This document shows, in pieces, positions 51,570 to 63,714 of a stretch of 64,000 bases of DNA (the first letter of the stretch is position 1; each line of letters opens with the position of its first letter). A model generated the notes under the pieces. That model was not told the origin of the DNA, did not search any database, and saw only the letters and a list, made by a program, of their open reading frames with translations. Made by a program: the position numbers and the translations under genes. Source of the DNA: Octopus vulgaris (Eukaryota); assembly GCA_951406725.2 (NCBI GenBank), contig OX597822.1:48918001-48982000 (forward strand), written 5' to 3'.

Positions 51570-52040
51570 GTACATGATAATGGTACACCAGGCGCATGCA
51601 TCACAACCATGTGCTTGACATGGTGATCTCATTTCAAGATAAACAACACATGACCTTGCAGGGGGAGCCCAGTTACAATTTTCTTCAGGTTGAGTAACCT
51701 ATCCCAGTCAAAAAGTCCTTGAATAAGGTTTATTTAAAAATGATGAAGAAAACATGTATTTTTCCATGAGTGAATTATTCAAACCCCAAAGAATCCCTTT
51801 CAGTACATGGCTGTGATGCTCCCCCACTACTCTTGCTTGTGATCAGATATGTTCTTGGCTTCAGACACTAATGGACATACCCAAGCAACTGACAAACAAA
51901 TCTGTAGTATTGAGCAGAACTTTTGCTGTAGCCCATCTTTTACATCAAGACAAAACATGTACATGATAATGCTTCTAATCAGTTAAGATCAAAAGCCATG
52001 AGAGCCATTGCCTGGTATTGCATTGGGGCATTTATTATTA

Positions 52041-52254
52041 TTACTCTTTTACTCTTTTACTTGTTTCAGTCATTTGACTGTGGCCATGCTGGAGCACCGC
52101 CTTTAGTTGAGCAAATCGACCCCGGGACTTATTCTTTGTAAGCCCAGTACTTATTCTATCGGTTTCTTTTGCCGAACCGTTAAGTGACGGGGACATAAAC
52201 ACACCAGCATCGGTTGTCAAGCAATGCTAGAGGGACAAACACAGACAAACATAT

Positions 52255-52310
<56 letters not shown>

Positions 52311-52465
52311 GACATACATATATACGACAGGCTTCCACTCACAAGGCTTTGGTCGGTCCGAGGCTATAGCAGAAGACATTTGCCCAAGATGCCATGCAGT
52401 GGGACTGAACCCGGAACTATGTGGTTGGTTAGCAAGCTACTTACCACACAGCCACTCCTGCGCCT
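52041..52465 (-). mobile_element. tRNA-derived SINE (25599 family)
   Basis: Reverse-complement match. Confidence 0.9.
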
Positions 52466-52962
52466 ACTTGTTGTTATTTTTGTTGTGGTCGTTGTTGTAA
52501 CTGCTACTGATGCTGTTGTTGTTGTTACTATTATTAAGAGGTCTGTCCTTGTGCAGCTCCTGTGCATGTGAACCTTCTCCAGTCCTCTGTAACCTGTGCT
52601 ATCCCCTTCATTGAGCGATATAACTTCCTCTTCCCAGTATCACCTATGATCATTACTCTCCTTCTCCCTTTAGGTATTTTCCCCTGTATTCTCCTGTCTA
52701 ACACTGTGCAGAAGCCCCCCCCCCCCCCCGGCTTCATAGTATTTGACCACTTATTGAATATTTACAAGTTAATTATGATGAGCTCCATGTCAAAATGTAT
52801 ATGTCAGTCGTATTGCTATAAAAACAAATTAGTTAACACTATTCATTGCTTTTGATTCATCACGTAACTTATAACAACTCATATCACATGTTTTCTTTCT
52901 CATCAATGAAACTAGTATTTCTTTTTTGTTTTATAAAATTCTATTTTTGAATTCACTTCCAG

Positions 52963-53049
52963 AATAGTGTTTATAACTGCACAGATACCCATAGACATCA
53001 CAGGAATTTAGGTATTGTGAGACGCCCAACATTACATAAGAAAGACAGA
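52963..53049 (+). CDS. NAGLU: NAGLU exon 16a (NSVYNCTDTHRHHRNLGIVRRPTLHKKDR), phase 0/0
   Basis: cAG acceptor, GTATGT donor, 87 nt; matches human RSVYNCS..PLVRRPSL as recalled. Confidence 0.93.
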
Positions 53050-53877
53050 GTATGTCCTCCTTCAAGAACTTTGATGATTATCTTGTTGTTGTTGTTAATG
53101 TTGTTGTTGTTAATGTTGTTGTTGTTAATGTTGTTGTTGTTTAACCTTAAGTCAGTACTGATTGAGGAGACTAATAATATCAAAAAGCATTCAAGCTGTA
53201 ATCTTGTTTTTCTTTTCAGGAATTTGCATAATAGTTATCCTGTGTGCTTTTTTTTTTTTCCATAAGATAGTCTGGTGTGATTTCAAGGAGATTTGGTGGC
53301 TATTTCTAGCTAGTTAAGGTACTTCTTTATACACACACATTTCCTTAAATATATGTCAAACATACACAAATACAACATTTTTAAGATATACAAACAGCCA
53401 CACAAATACACATGTAGGCACACTTTTCTCAAAACAAAAAAAAAAACGGAATTCCATAGCCAATGAGACAAACAGACAGTCCTTTTCTTTTTACTCACAA
53501 AACAATAACCCCAAATCACTCTACAATGAAAAGCACAGTTCATTAGGCATATATCACAATATAGATATATCTAATTAGCTTTACAGCTAAACCAAAGCAT
53601 TGCAGCCTCTTGCTATTTTAACTTGTTTTCAATACTGTTCTTGTTAAAGAATAATAAATTTGTACTTTATTAAATGCATTTAGTAATCCTTCAATTTAGA
53701 TAGATTGTTAGCCACTACACACATCTTATTTCTCTCCTTGTGTTCTGTGTCCCTTTCTGTAGAAGAGTCTAGGCTCGAAAGGTAAAAAACTTTTTCTATT
53801 CCTGAGCATTATACTAATACATCTGTTTATTTTGTACACCACCTGTCTTCATCTTTTGTTATTTTTTTCATAAACTC

Positions 53878-53927
<50 letters not shown>

Positions 53928-53931
<4 letters not shown>

Positions 53932-54233
53932 GGCACACGGCTCAGTGGTTAGAGTTCGAATCCTGGACTGAGCTGCGTGTTGTATTCTTGAGCAAGACAC
54001 CTTATTTCATGTTTCTCCTGTTCACTCATCTATAGAAATGAGTTGTGACGTCACTGGTGTCAAGTTGTATTGGCCTTTGTCTTTCACTTGGATAACATCG
54101 GTGGCATGGAGAGGGGAGGCTGGCATGTATGGGCGACTGCTGGTCTTCCATAAACAACCTTGCCCGGACTTGTGCCTCAGAGGGTAACTCTCTAGATGCA
54201 ATCTCATGGTCGTTCGTGACCGAAGGGGGTCTC
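53928..54233 (+). mobile_element. tRNA-derived SINE (deleted head)
   Basis: GGCTCAGTGGTTAGAGTTCGAATCC head followed by TTCTTGAGCAAGACAC core. Confidence 0.65.
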
Positions 54234-54799
54234 TGATATATATATATATCATCATCATCATCATCATTTCATGGCAATGGAGGCAGGACCATCCAACCCT
54301 TGCCAGCACAGTTGCTGGCAAGGGTTGGATGGTCCTGGCTCCATTGCTTGTTTTGGTGTGGATTCTACAGCTTGTTGCCCTTTCTCATACCAGCCTTTTT
54401 ACAGAGTGTACTGGGTGCCTTTTGCATGGCACCAGCACCAATTTATAAATCCTCATCATTTTGTATCTGTATTCCGTACTCATATATATCATCAAGATCA
54501 GGATCATCATCAGTATATGTGTGTGTGTGTTTGTGTGTGGCCAGCAGATTTAGGGTAGGGACTAACTTGGATAAATCAACCCCAGTGTTCAACTGGTACT
54601 TATTTTATAAACCCTGAAAGGGTGAAAGGCAAAGTTGACTCCAGCAGAATTTGAACTCAGAAATTCTGCCATGGTTTAAAGTGTAAGATTCAAAGTATAT
54701 GTTTTTTTTTAATAGATAAAATTTCAGAAATTATTTGCACTGACAGATGAGAATTTTTGATTTTCTTAAGTTGTAGACTGTTATAAAGTGGGTCCTTGT

Positions 54800-55790
54800 T
54801 CACTTGTATGCTGTTGGTGGTGACACTAATATTCTTGTCACCACTATTATGTTGTGGCCGTATTCTGCGTCTTATTATCTTTGACTCGTCTATTGTACTA
54901 TCACTGATAGCTCTGCAAGACGACTTGTAACATCTTTCTTGATGGTAACTCGAATTTGTATGTCACATAACTGACACTGACTCCAACTAAAATCTCATAC
55001 AATGACTCTACTACTACTGACCTTCCTACAATGACTGACTGTCTGACTTTATAGTGGCTTCTGATACCACTTTGTCATGTGGGAAGGAGTGTACCATTTT
55101 CACTACATCTCATCTTTTAGCTTTTTTTTCTTTCGGAAGCAAGCAATTTTATTTTACTTTATTCACCCATCCTCCATTTTTAGCTTTTTTTCCCAATTTA
55201 ATATTTTTTCTTTTTGGCGTCTATTTGTAGGAACTCTGTATGCTTCCTTTTTCTTCCACTTGTACTCATGGGTTCAACCACCTGTAATGGTGTTGGTACC
55301 TGGAATGGGTCATACAACCATTCCATAGGTTCTATCAATCTGTCTGGTTCATTTCCTATGAATCTCTTCTTCAATTGGTTTCTGTGTCATTTTTCAATAC
55401 CATTTTTGTTTTTAATTCTGTACATCATTTTTCCTATGTGCTTTGTAATTTTTCCTTCTTCCTAGTATTGCTTTCTGTTTTTCTACAACCTCATGTATAC
55501 CTTCACCAATTAAAAAAAAATTTTGATTGTCTTTCCTGGTACTTCTTTTTCCACCTGGCAACAAAAACTGATTTCGTCTTCCTTGCGAACATCAGTTCAG
55601 CTGGTGAGCTTCCTTTTGATGTATTAGGGTATGGTGTCACCCTGTATGCCCTTAGAAATTGCTGCAAAGTGACTTCGTCTGTGGTTTCCTTGTTTGCTTT
55701 TCTCAAACAAGTGTCTGCAAAAAGCTCTGCCTTTCCATTTGATCTGGGATGGTAAGGCGCTATCATATCAGTTTGCTGTACTTTCAAGGC
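54800..55790 (-). mobile_element. Gypsy integrase fragment, PPT and LTR (54850-55107)
   Basis: APYHPRSNGKAE..LQQFLRAYRVTP..SSPAELMFARK integrase motif; purine-rich AAAAGATGAGA before TGTAGTG; LTR ends CAACA. Confidence 0.85.
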
Positions 55791-55929
55791 AACAATTATA
55801 AATGTGCCTTTTCATTTGCTGAGTTAACCTGATGTCTGACATTATTTATGTGAAAAGTAAGTTAAAAAGTAAGTTAAAAGTAAGTTAGAGCTCTTAAAAG
55901 AAGTGTCCTTAAAAAAACAAAATTTATGC

Positions 55930-55995
<66 letters not shown>

Positions 55996-55996
<1 letters not shown>

Positions 55997-56138
55997 TTTA
56001 TTTAAAGCAGCAGAAATTCAATAAAACCTGTTACTCTGAGTTTCCCGTTCCCGTTCGTCGGACAGTTTTTGTTCGACGAACGGGAACGTGAAACTCAGAG
56101 TAACAGGTTTTGTTGAATTTCTGCTGCTTTAAATAAAG
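55996..56138. ncRNA. 69-bp hairpin formed by two inverted minimal hammerhead-ribozyme-like motifs (Penelope-type)
   Basis: Arms 55996-56064 and 56070-56138 (66 WC pairs, 2 GU, 1 mismatch; 5-nt loop). Each arm reads (C/T)CGACGA-acg-ggaa-cg(t/g)-GAAAC-tc-a-ga-GTA-aca. The hairpin is certain; ribozyme activity is not. Confidence 0.6.
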
Positions 56139-56207
56139 CATATTACTCTACCCCTAGTATTTGAGTACTCTTTTTTCCACCTTGTTTCACATCTATGTGT
56201 TTACTCC

Positions 56208-56253
<46 letters not shown>

Positions 56254-56556
56254 CAATGGAGAAGTAACTAGTATTTCAGATTTTATTTCTATTTGTCATC
56301 TAACACTTGTTTTCCTTCCAGAGACATTTCTAATTTCAAAACAAAAATCTTTCTTTGTTGCTAATTTATGCAGTCATTATTTTTTCTAGTTTCTACATAA
56401 CTCAACAAGTTTCCAGTAACCCACTGCTAAAAACCCTCGCTCAAAGTACAAAAGCTCATCTATTTCCTCTAGGTGTCTCACTTGATTTAAGTTAGTTTCA
56501 TTGAAGAAAATAGTTTTTCTTAATCTGATTTATTTATTTTCTTTGCATGCTTTAAG

Positions 56557-56649
56557 TCAAGTATTTACAATTGTACCACTGGTATCTCAGATGGTGGATG
56601 GAATGTGGTTTATGTACAAAGACCCAAAGTAATGTTTCGAAAAGAAGTA
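56557..56649 (+). CDS. NAGLU: NAGLU exon 16b, diverged duplicate of exon 16a (SSIYNCTTGISDGGWNVVYVQRPKVMFRKEV), phase 0/0
   Basis: Pyrimidine-rich acceptor ending tttaAG, consensus GTAAGT donor, 93 nt open; retains S[VI]YNCT and V.RP motifs. Confidence 0.8.
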
Positions 56650-58084
56650 GTAAGTTAACTTATATACTTCCCTATCCTTCTCTATCCTTTATACTTTCCC
56701 TATCCTTTATATCAAAGGTGCTTTTTTAAAACCCCTTTTTGAAGTTTTGTTTACTTTTTAAGTTTCTGCATTATTTAAGTTAAGTTTTTAATCACATTAT
56801 TATCTCCATCCTATTTGCCAATTTTAATCTGCTGGTTTCAGTAATATTTCACATTTGTTTCTTTCTTCCTTACCTTTTTGTGCTATTTTTACACATAAAT
56901 GAGTGAATTGATAGAAAAGTAAGTAAAAAAATACCTTAAGTAATTTATTATATCCCTTTACATTCTACGTTCAAACCACCCAATTTCACTTAATTTTTCA
57001 TCCCCCTGTTAATAAAATAAGTACTGATGGTTGATGTAATCAACTATAAAAAATGTAGCATGACATTTGAAGATGAAAAACAAACTCAATTTTCTAATAG
57101 TTAACCAATTTATTATTTTTTAAAATTGAACCATATAGGGTGTACAAACTAACCTCAAAATTAAGCTTTTGACTCAGTGTAAATTGAACAATTTGAAAAA
57201 AAATTGTAAATTTTAAGTGAACATAAAATCTAATAAGTTCTCATTCATGACTTCATTAAAATAGGGAACTTTCTTGCTGACTGCAATCAACAGGTCTGCT
57301 TTGGACTCAGGTAATTCTTAGATTTTGCCTTGATTGACAAAAGAAATCTGAATTTGGACTTATATAAGTTTGTCATTACAAATGGTATAAGGATACAATT
57401 GTTGGGTGTAATCACTAAAGGAGTAAATCTGTTTAGGTAGAAATAATAATAAAAGTTAATTCATCAGAGATGTAATTGCATCATTTTTCTAGAAAAGTCA
57501 ACATAATCCTTGCTGTACTTTAGCAGAGCGACAGAAGAAAAAAAAATGATTTTGTTTTAGGTATTAAGTATAGGTTGTTGGTTTGAAAACAAAATAACTT
57601 AATAACTATAACAATATGCTATTAACTTACCAGTCTATAACAGCCATATTGAGGATTGGTGACTTCAAATATTTATGATCTATCATTGCCCCAACTCGCA
57701 ACTCATCAATTGTCAATTTGAAGAATTTGATCTCCAAATATTGAAATACCCATCCAACACTACCTCATTGTTGAAAATGTTTGAGACAATACAATCTTCT
57801 TTGCACACTCATCCGGAAAACCTTATTTTATCTCAGCTCTGAACAAACCTTTATTGGCTCCAGTTATTGGCGCTACTTGCATCTAGCAACCTTGCCTTTA
57901 TCTTGCTACAAATTTTAAATTTGCTGGTAGTAGAGTATCCTGAAATATCCCGAAAAGGACTCAGCAGGATCTCTGCATAATTGCTCAGAGTCAGATACAA
58001 GTGACTGCATTTCATATGTGACTTCCCACTTCTCTGTATTTGAAGAGGTTGTTTAACCTCTTGGCTTATATTTCCTTTTATTTT

Positions 58085-58800
58085 TTTACTTGTTTCAGTC
58101 ACTGGACTGTGGTCATGCTGGGACACTACCTTGAAGGATTTAGTTGATCAACTCAACACCAGTACTTATTTTTTTAAGTCTGGTATTTATTCTATTGGTA
58201 GCTTTTCCTGAACTGTTAAAGTATGGGGATGTAAACAAATCAATATTGGTTGTCAGGTAGGGTTGGTGGGAGGACAAACACAAAGACACAGACCCCTCCC
58301 CCCAACCTATGTACTTTTATCTTTTACTTGTCTCAGTCATTGGACTGCAGCCATGCTGGACCACTGTCTCGAAGGATTTAGTGAAAGAAATCAACCCCAG
58401 TACTTCCTTTTTTTAAAGCCTGGTATTTATCCTATTGGTCTTGTTTGCCAAGTTATTAAGTTATGAGGACATAAACAAACCAGTACTGGTTGTCAAGCAG
58501 TGGTGGAGGACAAACACAAAGGGTAAAGACACACACATATACAACAGGCTTCTTTCAGTTTCCACTCACAAAACTTTAGTTGGCCCAAGGCTACAATTGA
58601 AAACATTAGCACTTAGATGCCTCACGGTGGCACTGAACCTGAAGCTATGTGGTTGGGTAGGCTTTGTTTTAGCTTCTCTCTACCAAATTCATTCACATTA
58701 ATCTTCTCAGTCTATACTAGAAGATACTTGCTTAAGGTGCTGTGCTGTGAGACTGAACCTGAGATCAGATGGTTGTGAAATGAGCTCTTTAACCATTCAG
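58085..58800 (-). mobile_element. Older, diverged tandem SINE copies (25599 family relatives)
   Basis: TTACTTGTTTCAGTCA..GGACTG..CCATGCTGG motif repeated at ~58087 and ~58324. Confidence 0.65.
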
Positions 58801-58921
58801 GTGTGTTTGCATGTAAGCTGATATTACTGAAGTGGAAAGAAGTCTTTGTACTTTATTCATTTTAAATGTTTAATAGTTTTTCATTTGAAGATTATATATG
58901 AGAGAGTGAGTGAGTGAGTGA

Positions 58922-58973
<52 letters not shown>
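58922..58973. repeat. (GA)n microsatellite
   Basis: Directly visible. Confidence 0.97.
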
Positions 58974-58977
<4 letters not shown>

Positions 58978-60169
58978 TTCAAAACAATGAATGCTGATGG
59001 TGGAGTTACTTTGTTGGTTATCACATGAAGACATCAACTATGGTTATCCTTTTTGCTTCTCTTATTTTTGTTCTCCGGATTTCTATTCGGAAGCTATTTT
59101 TCGTTCCATTCTAGGAAGGAATTTAATCATTTAGTTTCAACATTTAATCATTTATTCTCTACCCTTGAACTGAAGTTCTCTCCCTTGAACTTATGTTCAA
59201 GGGAGGCAATAAATGATTAAATGTAAGAAGAGTTATTTCCCCTGAATTCCTAATTAGTCCCGCTGTGTAAAGTGTCATCATCATTTCTCTTTAAAATATG
59301 TTGTCGTGCCTTTGATCATTCTCATTCATTAATATGTTAGTAAATTCTTGACATTAACTTGGGAACTCTGATTTTTCAACATTTTGTTTTGAAGCTTGCA
59401 TTTTATGAGGGAACCTTTGCTCAGTTTTCTCAAAATAGCAACCAAATCACCCTATGCCATACCCTACTGTCTTAAAAAAAAGGGAAGTTGTAGATGATTT
59501 TTTTTAAAAAAAAAGACTGTATGATCAGAACTGGAATGCTTCATTATAGATCTGCTTGATGAGGGCTTACCTGGAACTAAAACTGGATTTCCACGATCTT
59601 CATCTCTCACCACCATCACTGTCATTTCATTGTCATCATCAGCATCATTCATGTGATACTCAACCCCTTCTTTCCTACTTTCCTCCACCACATACACACA
59701 TACATCTCTACGTTTGTAATTTAAAATAATACATGTTTACCATGGACTTCCGGTAATGCATGTACAATTATATACAATATTCAGCTAGAGTTAGCTGCAC
59801 CATAACTACACATACGAGCCCCATAATTTTCAAAACAAGAAAATTGCAGCAAACCTGTGTGATAGTAGTGTCAGATATAGTATGCAGACCATCATATAAC
59901 TTGTTCAACATATTTCTTATGTGATATCTCAATGGTGCACCTTCCTTTCCTGCTCCTTTTTGCATGGCCTTTAGTAATACATTGTTGCCAGAAAACTGTC
60001 CATGAACTCAATAATGTAGAATTTAAATTTCTAGTGATTTTATTTAAGTCATCTTTGCTGTTCAAGTTCAGCTGTTTTAAGAACTCCAAATTTGATAAAA
60101 ATGTTATTAAATTGCTGTTGGGTTAACAGATTTAACAACTGAATTAAAATTTTTCAATTTATAAACAAT

Positions 60170-60611
60170 ATCCTCGGTTGTGAGGGATGATGAATGGACA
60201 TCTTATAGTCGTGATTCATATCGAGCCCGTCTGAGTATTAGCGTGCATCTACGATGAGTCTACGATTTAAAAAATAATTTAACATCATTTTTTTATTCCA
60301 TTTTAATGCATAATTTTTTGTGTGTCGATGGCGGCGGAGTTGGCGTCCATGGTCACACCTGCACCTGTTTGCTTCTCCCCCTTCTTCCCTCCCTCGTGAA
60401 GCTGTGGGGAAGGGAGTGTAAGGAAATCAACGTCGTAAAGCGTTGTCAAGGAGACCAGCGTTCTTTTAGAACAACGACTTCATGGCTTGAAGACACCAAA
60501 ACAGAAATGGCTAAGAAAGCCCGAATTGGCATCTATAAGGAAAGTAACTCTCTAAAAATGCTTATATAGTTATTTCCCTTACAAACCCGAGCAACGCCGG
60601 GCGATACTAGT

Positions 60612-60612
<1 letters not shown>
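60170..60612 (-). mobile_element. Helitron/Helentron-like element
   Basis: Reverse complement of 61669-62068. Confidence 0.7.
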
Positions 60613-60646
<34 letters not shown>

Positions 60647-60816
60647 ATATATATATATATAATATATATATATATATTATATTTAAATATATAATATATA
60701 TATATATATAATATATATATATATATTATATATATATAATATATATTACATATCATATATATATATAATATATATTACATATCTCTCTGTCTCTGTCTGT
60801 CTGTGTCTCTCTCTCT

Positions 60817-60853
<37 letters not shown>

Positions 60854-61166
60854 ATATATAAATATACAAAGATTCTATAATTATACTGAGGGGCCAGCTA
60901 ATTGCTTTGCCATGCACTGATTTAGAAATAGGAGCTAAATACCTATTCTACTACCATAAAAGGTCTCCGAGACAGTAAACACACAGCTGTATTTCGTCTG
61001 TCGTTACATTCCGACTTCAAATTCCGCCGAAGTTGACTTTGCCTTTCATCCTTTCGGGGTTGATAAATTAAGTACCAGTCACGCACTGAGGTTGATGTAA
61101 TCGACTTAATCCATTTGTCTGTCCTTGTTTGTCCTCTCTGTGTTTAGCCCCTTGTGGGTAGTAAAG

Positions 61167-61213
<47 letters not shown>

Positions 61214-61599
61214 ATATATATATATCTCAGTGAGACATCCAAAGAGATAGGTACAGGAGTGGCTGTGTGGTAAGTAGCTTGCTTACTAACCACATGTTTC
61301 TGGGTTTCAGTCCCGATGTGTGTCACTTTAGAGGGATGGCTTCTACTATAGCCTCAAGCTGACCAAAGTCTTGTGAGTGGAAACTGAAAGCAGCTTGTCA
61401 TATATATGTATATGTTTGTGTGTCTGTGTCACTCCACCATCACTTGACAACTCCCCCTAACTTAGCGGTTCAGCAAAAAAAGACCGATAGAATAAGTACT
61501 AGGCTTACAAAGTCCTGGGGTCGATTTCTTCAACTGAAGGGTGCTGCTCCAGCATGACTGCAGTCAAATGACTGAAACAAATAAAAGAATATATATATG

Positions 61600-61646
<47 letters not shown>

Positions 61647-61668
61647 AGTAACATGTATATATATATAT

Positions 61669-62165
61669 ACTAGCAGTATCGCCCGGCATTGCTCGGGTTT
61701 GTAAGGGAAATAACTATATAAGCATTTTTAGAGAGTTACTTCCCTTATAGATGCCAATTCGGGCTTTCTTAGCCATTTCTGTTTTAGTGTCTTCAAGCCA
61801 TAACGTCGTTGTTCTAAAAGAACGCTGGTCTCCTTGACAACGCTTTACGACGTTGATTTCCCCACAGCTTCACGAGGGAGGGAAGAAGGGGAGAAGCAAA
61901 CAGGTGCAGGTGTGACCATGGACGCCAACTCCGCCGCCATCGACACACGAAAAATTATGCATTAAAATGGAATAAAAAATGATGTGAAATTATTTTAAAA
62001 ATCGTAGACTCATCGTAGACGCGCGCTAATACTCAAACGGGTTCGATATGAATCACGACTATAAGATACCCGAATTTGGTTAAACTGCACCGCAAAATGT
62101 GGGAGTAGTTAGGAATCTAAATCGATGGGGACAGACACTCACACAACTACAGTTTTATATATATA
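61669..62165 (+). mobile_element. Helitron/Helentron-like element
   Basis: ACTAGCAGTATCGCCCGGCATTGCTCGGG start; homologous to the 22514 and 60170 copies. Confidence 0.7.
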
Positions 62166-62565
62166 TATGTATGTATCTGTGATACATATATATATATATA
62201 CACATTAGTAAAATATATATATATATCTGAATATATATGTGTAATATACATATATATACATGTAATATATATAGCTGAGAAATATCGTTATAGGTATTAA
62301 TATACCATAAATGATTATATAAAAATAGAGGACAAAAAGATGTTGCATCAAAATTAGATTTGTATTAAATCTAATTTTGATGCAACTTCTTATTCTCCTC
62401 CAATTTTATATAATTATTTATTGTATATTTATACGTATAATGAGATTTTTTAACTACTATTTTCGTATTCTTATTACTTGCTCTGGCTGTTTTTATGAAT
62501 ATGATGAATCTATATTAGAATTCATTCTTTCTCTCTATTTGGACACACAGTCAGTACTGCGCCTA

Positions 62566-62568
62566 TAA

Positions 62569-62601
<33 letters not shown>

Positions 62602-63297
62602 CATATATATATATAAATATAAATACATAAATATATAAATATATATATATATATGTATATATATATACATATATATATATAAATATAAATACATAAATAT
62701 ATAAATATATATATATATATGTATATATATATACATATATATATATAAATATAAATACATAAATATATAAATATATATATATATATGTATATATATATAC
62801 ATATATATATATAATATAAATACATAAATATATAAATATTTATATATATATGTATATATATATACATATATATATATAAATATAAATACATAAATATATA
62901 ATATATTTATATATATATGTATATATATATACATATATATATAAATATAAATACATAAATATATAAATATTTATATATATATGTATATATATATACATAT
63001 ATATATATAAATATAAATACATAAATATATAAATATTTATATATATATGTATATATATATACATATATATATAAATATAAATACATAAATATATAAATAT
63101 TTATATATATATGTATATATATATACATATATATATATAAATATAGATACATAAATATATAAATATTTATATATTTATGTATATATATATACATATATAT
63201 ATATAAATATAAATACATAAATATATAAATATTTATATATATATGTATATATATATGTATATATATGTGTATATATATATACATGTATATATATATG

Positions 63298-63330
<33 letters not shown>

Positions 63331-63355
63331 GTGTATATATATATATATATATAAA

Positions 63356-63389
<34 letters not shown>

Positions 63390-63400
63390 GTATATATATG
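62566..63400. repeat. Higher-order AT minisatellite (~60-bp unit built from (TA)n blocks)
   Basis: Unit ..ATATGTATATATATATACATATATATATAAATATAAATACATAAATATATAAATAT.. repeated about 11-12 times. Confidence 0.92.
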
Positions 63401-63660
63401 TATATATTTATTTCTTTACTACCCACAAGGGGCTAAACACAGAGAGGACAAACAAGGACAGACAAACGGGTTAAGTCGATTACATCGACCCCAATACGTA
63501 ACTGGTACTTAATTTATTGACCCCCGAAAGGATGAAAGGCAAAGTCCACCTCGGCGGAATTTATATATATGTATATATATATATATATATATATCATCAT
63601 CATCATCATCGTTTAGCGTCCGCTTGATGATGATGATGATATATATATATATATATATGA

Positions 63661-63713
<53 letters not shown>

Positions 63714-63714
63714 T

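Noticed and set aside
53750-53790. Possible hammerhead (GTAGAAGAGTCTAGGCTCGAAAGGTA)
   Set aside because: Core lacks CUGANGA and stems are inconsistent; at most a decayed Penelope-type remnant.
57625-58050. Minus-strand segment ending in a GTAAGT donor (possible nested antisense exon)
   Set aside because: Stops in all frames; weak resemblance to a decayed DNA-transposon protein (FQYLEIKF.KL); cannot support a gene.
62535-63512. Multiple YIYIYI ORFs
   Set aside because: Artefacts of (TA)n minisatellite; the same applies at ~30850, 38300, 52250 and 55950.
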